Source: Antechinus flavipes | Lineage: Eukaryota | Length of the DNA stretch: 64,000 nt | Assembly (NCBI RefSeq): GCF_016432865.1 | Contig: NC_067403.1 | Coordinates: 264,058,001 to 264,122,000 of the forward strand | Direction: 5' to 3' | Shown: piece after piece, positions 13,160-24,200 of the stretch | Layout: every line of letters begins with the position of its first letter | How positions within the stretch are numbered: position 1 is the stretch's first letter | Translations under genes and position numbers: made by a program | The notes under the pieces: model-generated | Database searches by the model: none | The model's input: the letters and a program-made list of their open reading frames with translations, nothing else | What the model was told of the DNA's origin: nothing

Positions 13160-14430
13160 GAAATATATTTTATTTTCCACCAATAACATGTCAAAGCAAT
13201 TTTTAACAGTCTTTTCCCCTAACATTTTGAGTTCCAAATTCTATCACTCCCTTCTTCCCTTTTCCTCCTCTCTTCTCCCTGAGAAAGTAATCACATATAT
13301 GTTATATTTGTAAATCATGAAAAACATTTCCATATTAGTCATTTTGTACAAGAAGGCTCAAATTAAAAAAAAAGAAAGTGAAGAAACAGAAAGCGTCAGT
13401 CTGTAGTCAGTGAATATTAGTTTTTTCTCTAGAGCATGCTCCATCATGAAACCTTTGGGATCGTTTTGGATCACTATATTGCTAAGAATAGCTAAGTCAT
13501 TCACCATTCCTCCTTGCACAATCCTGCTGTTGCTGTCTACAACAAGGTCCTGGTTCTGCTCACATCATTTTGCATCAGTTCATGTAAGTCTTTCCAGGTT
13601 TTCCAAAATCATCCTGCTTGTTATTTCTTATGGTACAATAATATTCCATTACAATCATATCCCTCAGCTTGTTCAGCCATTGCCCCATTGAAGGGCACTC
13701 CTTTGATGTCCAATTCTTCATCACTGTATGCAGGCGCGCACGCACACACACCCCCCAAAACAAAATTGCTATCCTATGTTGGTACAAATAGGCAAACAGG
13801 GCTTTCCCTCTTCTTTTTTTCTTGTCTTTAGGCTATAGACCTAGCAGAGGTACTGCTGGATCAAAGGATGTGCACAGTTATATAGCCCTTTGGGCTGAGT
13901 CCCAAATTGCTCTCCAGAATGCTTGGATCAGTTCACAGTTTCACTAATAATGCCTTAGCATCCCAGTTTTCCCACTTTCCCTCAAACATCCATCATTTCC
14001 CATTTTTTTGAGTTATCAGAGTGGCTAATATAACAAAAAAACATAAATTTGACACCTTTTTAAAAATATATTTGAGAAAAGAAGCTTTTATTAGAGATAA
14101 TTGTTGCAAATCCCTGCAACCCCAGCTTCTGCTTTCATTTTAATTTTGCTTGTTTGTGTAAAAAAACCTTTTCAATTTTACATAACCAAAATTTTGCGTT
14201 TTGTGATGGTCTCTATATTTTCTTAGGTTGTAAAATTTACCCTTATCCACAGATCTGAACTACTCCAGGTTCTCCTAATTTGCTCATGGTATCATCTTTT
14301 ATGTAGAAATAATGTGCCCATTTTGGCTTTATCATGGTATATGGTGAAATGTCTCTCTATATCTAGCTTCTTCCATCCTGTTATCCAGTTTTCCCAGCAG
14401 TTTTTGTGAAATGAGTTTTTGTTCCAAAAA
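13160..14430 (-). mobile_element. Old LINE-1 3' fragment
   Basis: ECPSMGQWLNKLRDMIVMEYYCTIRNNKQDD resembles the ORF2 C-terminus. Confidence 0.7.
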
Positions 14431-15329
14431 TTTGTAGCTTTGGCTTTATCATATACTAGATCCCTGTGGTCCTTTATTATAATTTGTACCCAGTTTGATC
14501 CACCACCATTGTTCTGCCATTCTACTTCTTAGCCAGTCCCAGATTGTTTTAAAGGCTTACACTATTATGGGTTACAGCAGAGGTTCTAGGGGGAGCCATC
14601 CAGTCAGAAGAGATGCTGTGTATTTCTTTTCTACTTGTAACCCCAGGGCTCATCACCATGCTTTGCACAGTCGATGCTTAACAAATGCTCCATTCATTTA
14701 TGAAAAAAAATGCACAGAGGGGGAGGAAGTTCAGAAAGACGCGCAAACAAGCAGGGCAGTTTTGAAAATAATGGGCAGCATTTATTATAATTAAAAATCG
14801 GTAGCGTGAAATTTAGATTCATACTTTTCATAGAGAATCTATTTTCCGTATTCTGCTGTGTGTAGTGTTTAAGTTCAGAAAAAAAATAAGTTAATAGAGT
14901 ATTTAAGTAACCTATATTTTGATTAACTATGTGAATCAGACTTGTGGGTGTGCTGTGGTGTCCTGTAATGCACAGGTTTGGCTTCTTTGGTTTAATTGTG
15001 TCACCTCACAGCCTCATTTTTCACCCCCAGTGGGTCTCATTATGATCCCACAGAACATTGAAGAGTTTCCTATCCGCGTGGAAGCAGGTCTTCAGCCGAG
15101 GGCCTGGGGATGTGCGCAAAGCTGTCTGTCCCACATTTTTATCCATGACTTGGTAAAAGGTGTACATGACATCCCTGCCATACCTGCTGCTTTCCCAATG
15201 CTGGGAGGGAGGCCGGCAAAACTGCCCCCACGATGGCATCAGGGCCCACATTCGGCCCTCTCTTTTTCAATGATTATTCTCCTCCTGGTCCTGGGCTGGC
15301 GAGGGTTCAGGAAGGGAAAAGAGAAGTAC

Positions 15330-16640
15330 GCAGGGAGCACACTTACAGGTGGCAGGGAGCACACTTACAGGTGGCAGGGAGCACACTTACATATGGCAGG
15401 GAGCACTTACACATGGCAGGGAGCACACTTACACGTGGCAGGGAGCACACTTACATGGCAGGGAGCACACTTACACATGGCAGGGAGCACACTTACATGG
15501 CAGGGAGCACACTTACATGTGGCAAGGAGCACACTTACACATGGCAGGGAGCACACTTACACGTGGCAGGGAGCACACTTACACGTGGCAGGGAGCACAC
15601 TTACATGGCAGGGAGCACACTTACACGTGGCAAGGAGCACACTTACACATGGCAGGGAGCACACTTACATGGCAGGGAGCACACTTACACATGGCAGGGA
15701 ACACATTTACACGTGGCAGGGAGCACACTTACACATGGCAGGGAGCACACTTATACGTGGCAGGGAGCACACTTACATGGCAGGGAGCACACTTACATGG
15801 CAGGGAGCACACTTACACATGGCAGGGAACACATTTACACGTGGCAGGGAGCACACTTACACGTGGCAGGGAGCACACTTACACGTGGCAGGGAGCACAC
15901 TTACACATGGCAGGGAGCACACTTACACGTGGCAGGGAGCACACTTACATGGCAGGGAGCACACTTACATGGCAGGGAGCACACTTACACATGGCAGGGA
16001 ACACATTTACACGTGGCAGGGAGCACACTTACACGTGGCAGGGAGCACACTTACACGTGGCAGGGAGCACACTTACACGTGGCAGGGAGCACACTTACAT
16101 GGCAGGGAGCACACTTACATGGCAGGGAGCACACTTACATGTGGCAAGGAGCACACTTACACATGGCAGGGAACACTTTTACACGTGGCAGGGAGCACAC
16201 TTACATGGCAGGGAGCACACTTACACATGGCAGGGAACACATTTACACGTGGCAGGGAGCACACTTACACGTGGCAGGGAGCACACTTACACGTGGCAGG
16301 GAGCACACTTACATGGCAGGGAGCACACTTACACGTGGCAGGGAGCACACTTACACGTGGCAAGGAGCACACTTACACATGGCAGGGAGCACACTTACAT
16401 GGCAGGGAGCACACTTACATGTGGCAAGGAGCACACTTACACATGGCAGGGAACACTTTTACACGTGGCAGGGAGCACACTTACATGTGGCAAGGAGCAC
16501 ACTTACACATGGCAGGGAACACATTTACACGTGGCAGGGAGCACACTTACACGTGGCAGGGAGCACACTTACATGGCAGGGAGCACACTTACACGTGGCA
16601 GGGAGCACACTTACATGGCAGGGAGCACACTTACACGTGG
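15330..16640. repeat. Minisatellite, 22/20-bp unit GGCAGGGAGCACACTTACA(C)(G/A)T, ~60 copies
   Basis: Direct tandem array with interspersed unit variants and no spacers. Confidence 0.97.
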
Positions 16641-16959
16641 TGGGAAGCTATGCAATTAGACAGAGGGCCGGGGCTGCTGCCTCTTTTCCCTTCCGCTGCA
16701 CTTCCTGACTGCCATGGGCATGGCAGCTTGCAAGGGGCCGCGGTCCTGGGTTTGTCACGAGGCAGGTTCCCAGGAGCCAAAAGCAGTTTAGGAGGTGACT
16801 CACCCCTGGAGCAGACATGAGGTCCAGACTTCACAAGGGAGGATCCTAAGCCCTGAGACTGACGGCTAATGGTGACTCCCACTGGACGGGTGAGCTGGAA
16901 GAGAAACCTCAGTTCTTCCCTTCCCTCTCTCCTCTCTCCCTCGATTTCCTCTCTAAAAT

Positions 16960-17950
16960 CCGTAGTCCTGCAGTGGACTCGGAAACGGACACCCCTTCCT
17001 TCCCTTCTCGGGGGAGCCGCCGCCTCCGGGCTCCGCAGGATGGGAGGCGGGGTGGGGGGGTGGGGGGGTGGGGGGAGTGGGGGAGGGCTGGGGGGGTGGG
17101 GGGGGGGGGGGGGGGGGGGTGGGGGGAGTGGGGGAGGGCTGGGGGGGTGGGCGGGGGGGGCGGGGGGGTTAAGTGGATGCCCCGGCGGGGAAGTCCGGAG
17201 CCACTCTCTCTTCCCTCACCACGTGCAGGAACCGCGCGCCGCTCCGAGGCTGAGCTCCGGGCGCACGGATGGCGCGCTTTGTGACTGGGTGGGGGCTCCT
17301 GGGCTACGGGCAGAGCCTGGAGTTCGCGGTGCCGGGAGCACTCTCTGATTCTGCCCCGGCCCCAAAGCTCGGAGCTACGGGGAACCAGAGGGGGAGCCCC
17401 CTCTGGTGGTCAGTAGGGCTTCTGCAGCCTCTCCGGAAGGCCAGAGCGACGGACCGCGCCGGAATTGGGCGGTTGGAGGGAGCGCCACCTTGTGGGCCAC
17501 GTCCACATTGCTTTCTCTTGTTCCGTGATCTCCGGCCCCGGGGACGGTTCCGCTTAAGACGGGCACGGTCCTAAATGCGCGTCTTTATATGTCTTTTAAA
17601 AAACGTTTCCCAAGCGCCCTTCAGGTCTCACTTCCCTTGTCACATTCACCTCCCTGGATGACCATGACCTGAAATAACAGAAGGGCCGAACCCTAAATGC
17701 CTTATTTGCAGGAACCAGATTAAATGCAATTAGGAAATGTTTCATCAGATAAATACGCGATGAGGATCGGCCACTTTCCTCTTAGGGCGTCAAGGTGCTG
17801 GGAAGCCAGGCCTGACGTCTGCTAAAGCGCGCTTCAGACGCGCCCCAGCCACGAGCCTGGGCAGGACACCTCCGTGCGCCTCAGTTTCCTGAGCTGGAGG
17901 AGGGAATGCCGCGGCTGCCCCCATGGGTCAGGAAGAATTGACTGTGTCCC
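16960..17950. promoter_or_regulatory. Orphan CpG island (no recognisable gene)
   Basis: CpG-dense stretch (GGCGCGC, CGCGCCG etc.) amid CpG-depleted intergenic DNA. Confidence 0.5.
17041..17168 (+). repeat. G-tract / G-quadruplex-prone low-complexity sequence
   Basis: ~128 nt dominated by G-runs, with an internal duplicated GGGGGAGTGGGGGAGGGCTGGGGGG block. Confidence 0.85.
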
Positions 17951-18657
17951 CCCAAACTGACTAAAGATGACGTAATTCCTTGAAGCAGGGACCTGGATTT
18001 TGCAATTTGTGTCCCCAGTTTGCAGGATGCCGCACAGTAAACATTCAACAAATCCTCCATAACTGGCAAAAACAAACAAGAAACAAACAAAATGTGATGC
18101 TTATTGTTGCTGTCTTTACTACCTTGTTCTGACTGAGGGCAGATAGGAATGGCAGGAGGATGTCACTGTCCCGTTATGATCCCTTTCTATTTCATGCTCT
18201 GTGGAGTGTTCGACAGGGTCCCAACTACTTCCTGTAGTGAAATGGAAGGTCATCCACCGCAGACCCTCCGCAAACTTCCTTGGGACACCTCCAGTGCAGG
18301 GGGGCTGCGGGAGGATGGGTCTGTCCCTCTGGAGTGGTGGTCTCGGAGACCCGGCTTCTAGAGTTTCTCCCAGGGAGTTTGGTGCAAACATTCTTCTCAG
18401 GCTTGATGGATCATTGTTGCATCCAGGCAGTTGGGAGGAGTCGTCTCTGAGAACAACTTGGTTGCAGTGTCCTTTATTGCTTGAATTCTCCGAGATGTTT
18501 TACCGTCCACATTTACAATGTAGGGACTCTGTCCTCAGGCTCCCTCTGGACATAAGCTTCTTTTTATCATATTTGACAAACTCAGTGGTGTATACCTTGA
18601 CAACTGTTCAATGGTTTTCCCGTTCCCTCCAAATTTCTATAGGTTTTTGGAGGCCTT

Positions 18658-18968
18658 CCGTGGCACCAGAGCAGAGACCGTCCGTGGCACCAGAGCAGAG
18701 ACCGTCCGTGGCATCAGAGCAGAGGCTGTCCATGGCACCAGAGTGGAGGCTGTCCGTGGCACCAGAGCAGAGGCCGTCCGTGGCACCAGAGCAGAGACCG
18801 TCCGTGGCATCAGAGCAGAGGCCGTCCATGGCACCAGAGCAGAGACCGTCCATGGCACCAGAGTGGAGGCTGTCCGTGGCACCAGAGCAGAGACCGTCCG
18901 TGGCACCATGGCTTTAGAGTGAAGGCCGTCTGTGGCACCAGAGCGGAGGCCATCCGTGGCATCACAGT
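18658..18968. repeat. Minisatellite, 24-bp unit CCGTGGCACCAGAGCAGAGACCGT, ~13 copies
   Basis: Direct tandem array visible in sequence; translates to 8-aa repeats on both strands. Confidence 0.95.
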
Positions 18969-19670
18969 GGAAGTTTTTTTCTGTTTTTTATTTTGTTTTA
19001 TTATGTTTTAAGAATGCTTATCAATAACAACAACATCTGGCATTTTTATAGCACTTACTATGTGCCAGACATTGTGCTAAGTATTTTATAGATACCGTCT
19101 CATCTGATCAAACCTCTTCTTCCTATTTGGCTAGGAAATGTTCATTTTTTTAAAGCTGCCTTAGGTTGAGGGGTTCTTTACATCAGTGATATCAAACTCA
19201 CTGGCCCACTAATCCACACAGCAGGATTTCTTCAGGCTGTTTGAGTTTTTAAATGTAATAGTATTTGCTTTGTTGAATTTTTATATTGTTAAATATTTTC
19301 AAATTTCACTTAAGGTTTTTTCCTGAATCACACTTTAATCTGATTCTGGAGGTTGTGGCTGAGGGCTACATGTTTGAAATCTCTCCTGTGTATCACTGAT
19401 AGTGTTTTGTTAGGATACTTTACAAATCTGTTATGGTCCCTTTTAGAGTTATTATTGATATCAATATTAATACAAATCCATCACTTCAGTAAATGCCTTT
19501 TCTTTGAGCCACTTGCATGTTCTGACTAATGAAAATTAGACACGGTGGGGGGGTTGGGGAGGGGTGGCTCCGGAGTGTGGATCTGTAAAATACCATGAAC
19601 TATGCCCTAGCAAGCCCGCTCACCAAGGCATATTGTGGGCTGGCCATGGAGGGAACTGCAGAAACAATAC

Positions 19671-19849
19671 CAGGAGTCCTCACACTTTTTAAATAGGGGG
19701 CCAGTTCACTGCCCCTCAGACTGTTAGAGGCCAGACTATAGTAAAAACAAAAATGTGGGCCTTTAAATAAACTTCATAGCCCTGAGTGAGGGGGAATAAT
19801 AGTCCTCAGCTGCTGCATCTGGCTCGCGGACATAGTTTGAGGACCCCTG
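19671..19849. mobile_element. hAT MITE, OposCharlie1 (OC1)-type non-autonomous
   Basis: TIR-like CAGGAGTCCTCA...TGAGGACCCCTG, ~180 bp, same internal sequence as 51709 and 56683 copies. Confidence 0.75.
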
Positions 19850-20455
19850 CAATAGATGTTTTGGAAAGGCCTTGCTATGAAAAAGCAAAACCCAGATATG
19901 GACTTGGAACCAGGCGAAGGAACAGAACAATCTTGACAAGCAGGCAGTGAAAGCCTCTAGCTGATGACCTGGCCAGAGAGAAACAGGCTGGGGTTGGAGC
20001 CTAAGATCCCTCCGGTGGATCAGCTCAGGCTATCCGGAAGTCCAAGGGAGGAATGCCAGACAGCAGATCCAACAGAGTCATCTTGGTTCCGGACTTCTGG
20101 AGTAGGGCATAGTCAGGCATAGAAATGGGAGCTGGACACCCGTAAGCTGAGGCCCATCAGACCTGTCCTGGGTGCTCTGCTGCAAGCCTTCTCTTCAGGC
20201 TGATTGAGTCTGTTCTGAAAGCCTCCATCTCAGGTGAACCAGAATGCGGGAGGGGGGAGGAAGGCCATCTTTTGGATTAGGGAGAAAAGAGTGGTCCTGG
20301 AAGTCACAGCCAAGACCAGAATGAGGCTGGCCCTTCAATTGAACCAGGGTCCCTCCTGCCCAGGACACCCCAAGGCAGGTTGGGGGATCTAGCTCTACCT
20401 TGGCAAGGCCCTCTGTCAATGACTTAGGCACAGTAGACAAGTCAGGAAAAAAAAA

Positions 20456-20461
20456 TTTATT
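20456..20461 (-). terminator. Probable B4GALNT4 polyadenylation signal (AATAAA)
   Basis: TTTATT on plus ~680 nt past the stop codon, followed on the minus strand by a U-rich then GU-containing tract. Confidence 0.6.
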
Positions 20462-21134
20462 TTGAATAAAAAACTCAAAGAGACTGAACGGTTAGGAATT
20501 GTGAAAAACTTCATCTTTAGGACACAATTTCACAGAAATCATCTTGCACAGTGTGGGTCCTGGTCACTTGCCCCAGGATCAGGTTCTTGGGAATGGCTGC
20601 CTGCTCCCCAAGTGCTCTGGGGGGACCCTGACCCAACCATAGCAATAGGCTGGGTGCTGGAGGGAAGTCTGGGACTTGTCCTTTCCTCCCTTCCCTCTTC
20701 TGCCTTGATCTCAGTCAGAATGGCATGTCTCTGGGCCTTAGGAAGGGGGATCCCTGGGGCTATCTCCTCTTTCAAATTGTGGTCATGTGGCTGACCCACC
20801 CTCCTCTGACAGGACCCTGGTCCCTCTCCCCCTCTGGGCCTCTAAGACAAGGTTGAATCCACTTCTCCAGTCCAGGAGAGTTCACCTTCTTTCAGAAGGG
20901 AAGCAAGTTCTGGTACCTCTCAGACCCAGAGGTGACTTCTCTGGGGCAGTGGGAGGGGGCACAGGGCTTGTTTCTCTTCTGAAAGTGAGGGAGCTTTCCC
21001 AGAGTCCCCTTCCCTCTGAGAGAAAGGGTCCTGTTTGAAGACCTCCAGCCACCATGGCGGCCCCTTCCAAGGGGCTGGGGGACGGTGCGCTGGAAGGCCA
21101 CCCACGGACTCCAAGGCATCGGCAGAAGCTGAGC

Positions 21135-21249
21135 TCAGTCCCGGGGGCCCCTCTTGCTCCTGGCATCCCACATCCCCCGTTTCGAGTGGTAGTGGTGATA
21201 GAAGTTTCGGAGCCGGAGCCGCTCCACCTCCAGGCCGGCCTGCAAGACC
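21135..21249 (-). CDS. B4GALNT4: B4GALNT4 exon 20 (terminal coding part)
   Basis: [37 protein letters not shown]; TGA at 21137-21135. Confidence 0.95.
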
Positions 21250-24200
21250 CTGCGGGGAAGGCCGGGAAAAAGCGGAGTCAGGAACCCGACAGGAGGGGGA
21301 GGGGGCTGCGTGTGTTCTTCCAGGGGGACAAAGCCCCCCAATTCTTTCATCTCCGCTTCCTGGAAGGGTCAGATCAATCTCTTCCCCCTCCCCGCCACCC
21401 TTTTTGCTTTTGTAAGCAATGGGATTAAGTGATTTGTCCCGGATCATACAATTAGTGTCGGAGGCCAGATTTGAACTCGGGTGCTCTCTCCACTCCACCT
21501 CCAGCTGCCTCCAAACCCCGTCTTCTACAGGAAGGCCTCCCCGAGCCCGCTTCATTCTGGGACTCCGCCTCCCCCAAGCCTACAATTTATCTGGTTTATA
21601 GTTCGAACACAAGTTAGCTCCGCGTTAAATTATAAAGTCCCTGAGGGCAGGGACTGACTTCTGCCTTTGTCTCCCCAGCACGTAGGCACTGGAAACATGG
21701 GGAAATGGGGGGAAGGGGGAGTCAGACACCTGTCCAGCAGCTCCCAATCCTCGCCGCCCCAGCGATCCCGGAACTCCTCCGTGTTCATACCCCCAACTCG
21801 GTCGAAGTCCGACTTGTAGATCCCGAAAAGCCCGAAACCATTCACCTCCCAGTAGCCTGAGAGCAGAAGGAGGACAAAGGGGGCGTCTGAGACCCCAGGA
21901 TCTGCCCGCTCCCTCCTCCCGCCCCTGACCCTTGGGTTCTGTTCAGGTGAGAAGGAAGCGATCACGCTTCAGGAAGGCAGGGAGGCGGGGAGGTTTGGTG
22001 GTCCCTCCTGGGGTCGTTTCCCTGCCCGACGATCGAGGGACTACCATGGGGGTCTACAGGAGAGCTCCCGCAGCCGAGCCGCATGACCACAGGGGCGAAG
22101 GCGAGCTTTCCCTCCACACAGTGTTTGCGGATGCCGTCCAGGATGTTGAGGGGAAAGTGAATGTGCAGGTCACACAGGAACACGATGCTGCTGCCGTCCT
22201 GCGACACGGTGAGGGTTGGCCTGCCGCCGGCCCGGGCCCTCGCGTGCTCCACCCGCCGAGCCCCGCCGAGCCCGCCCCGCCCCTCCCCCGTCCGCGCGCC
22301 CCGCCGCGGGTCACCTCGATGGCGTCCACGCCCGCCTGGAGCCCCGAGGCCCGCTCGAAGTTCCCGGTGCGCTTCAAGTACTGGTACCTGGTGGGAGGTG
22401 GATTAAGGCTGGGGAGAGTGTTGGGGCGGGACTCCGGAGCCTCGGGGAGGGGCACGGGACAGGGCGGAGTCTGGGGGGCGGGGCACGGGCCCCAGCTGAG
22501 AGAGGACGCTACAAGGGGCCCCAGGTGTGCGTTACCTGGGCAGTCGCGCCGCCCGCAGCGCCCGCTCCACGTCCATGTCGTCGCTGTCGAAGTCCACCAG
22601 GACTACACTGAAGCGCGTGTCGCCCGTGAGCGCGTGCAGCGAAGCCATGTCCCAGAGGAAGCGGGTCACCCAGCGCGCCTGGTTCTTCACTGGGGACAGA
22701 GCGGGCGGCCCGGGCTCAGCTGGGCCCAGCCTTCCGCCCGCCACAGCCCTCCCGACCTCGGCCCCTGCTCTCCAGCGCCCCGTACCTGGCACCACGAAGT
22801 GAACCACGACGTCCTGGCGCCAGGCCAGGCGCACTGGCCGGCAGAGCAGGGGTTCGGGGGCACGACTCGGCGGCTCGGACGGGGTCCGGGCCGGGGCCGC
22901 CTCGGGGGCCGCCCCGTTGTCGCCGTCGCCCTCGCCGTCCACCTCGGTTTCGTCTTCCCCGTCGCCCCCGGTTCGCGTCCGCGGCAGCCGCAGGAAGACG
23001 TACTCGGACAGCCGCAGCCGGCCGTGCCCGCCGCGCTCTTGCAGCTCCAGCTCGAGCAGGTAGCGGCTGCCTCGGGCCGAGTCCCGGCGCTTTTCCACGT
23101 TTACGATGCGCAGCAGCGAGAAACGCCTGAAGGTGAAGGGGGCGCGGTCACGGGGACTCCGGGCTCCCGGTGCCCCTCTTTCGCCCTGGCTAGCGGCTCC
23201 GGCCCCCTCTTGGGTCGCCTGTGGGCAATTCCCCGCGCCGGAGCCCCGGGCCCCTCTCGCGCCGGAGTCCCGCCCCCTCTCGCGCCGGAACCCCGGGTCT
23301 CTCTCGCGCCGGAGACCCGGTTCTCTTTCTGCCTGCCTCGAAATGGGAGACACACATGCAAAGCGCTCCTTCGAACCAAATTCGGCGGCCGCAGGGAAAG
23401 TACTTAGCAGAGGGAAAACTGGCAGGAGGGGGGCGGCAAGAGCCTCCTCTGTGTAGAAGGGTAGGTTTCAGTTGGGACTCAGAGGAAGCCAGGAGAGGGG
23501 ACAGTGGGGGGCATCCAGAGAAAATGCTGGGGCCGAGAGCAGTAAAAGGGGGAGCAGGGACAGTGGAGGCGAGGGGTGCTCTCACTGTGACCCAGGATTT
23601 TCTATTGGATTCATCGAGGAGAACCACAGCAACTTAGTAATGGGGTGCGTGCGTGCCACGGGAGGGAGACCACGTGGCCAGCTTCGTGGAAGGGGCAGCG
23701 AGTGGAGGGGAGGGACGAGCAGAACCCGATCTTGGCAGCTACAGCAATAATAGTGGCCTGCGCCGGCCTGGGGGCGCAGCTGCAGGAAAGGAGACCTGCG
23801 TGAGAGCCACGAGGGCCCCAAGGTGAAATCCGGAGGCCTTGACAGATGGGGTCCCAGAGGGGAGAGAGGGAGGGGTGGAGGCTGAGACCCGGGGTGGAGC
23901 TTGAGTCTGGAAGAAGGGAAGGGTCCGGGGTGGGGGGAAGGATGAGCTCAGGCGGGGATGTGGTGACCTGAGGGGCGTGGGGCAGCCGGAGATGAAAGAG
24001 GTTAGGGCTGGAAAAGGAAGCCTGGGAATGCTCAGCAGAAAAATGGGAACCAAGACCACAGGACCCGAAAAGGGCACCAAGGGGGTGGTAGAGAGGGAAG
24101 GAGGAGAAAGCCTCGGGGCCACCCACGGTTATTGGGCGCCGCCTGGAGGTAGATCCGGCAAAGGAGGCCCCGGGTAGGAGGACCAAGGGAGAGTCCCAGA

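Larger units (their letters stand above)
21990..23400. promoter_or_regulatory. Intragenic CpG island over B4GALNT4 exons 15-18
   Basis: Very high CpG density including introns. Confidence 0.65.

Noticed and set aside
15330-16640. CRISPR-like array
   Set aside because: Units are contiguous with no unique spacers, the genome is eukaryotic and no cas genes are present
14919-16820. ORFs of 633, 491 and 436 aa in all three plus frames
   Set aside because: They are translations of the 22/20-bp minisatellite, whose plus strand lacks stop codons; no domain or splice context
21932-23407. 491-aa plus-strand ORF antisense to B4GALNT4 exons 15-18
   Set aside because: Lies in a very GC-rich CpG island antisense to coding exons, where stops are depleted; low-complexity R/P/G/A product with no recognisable homology
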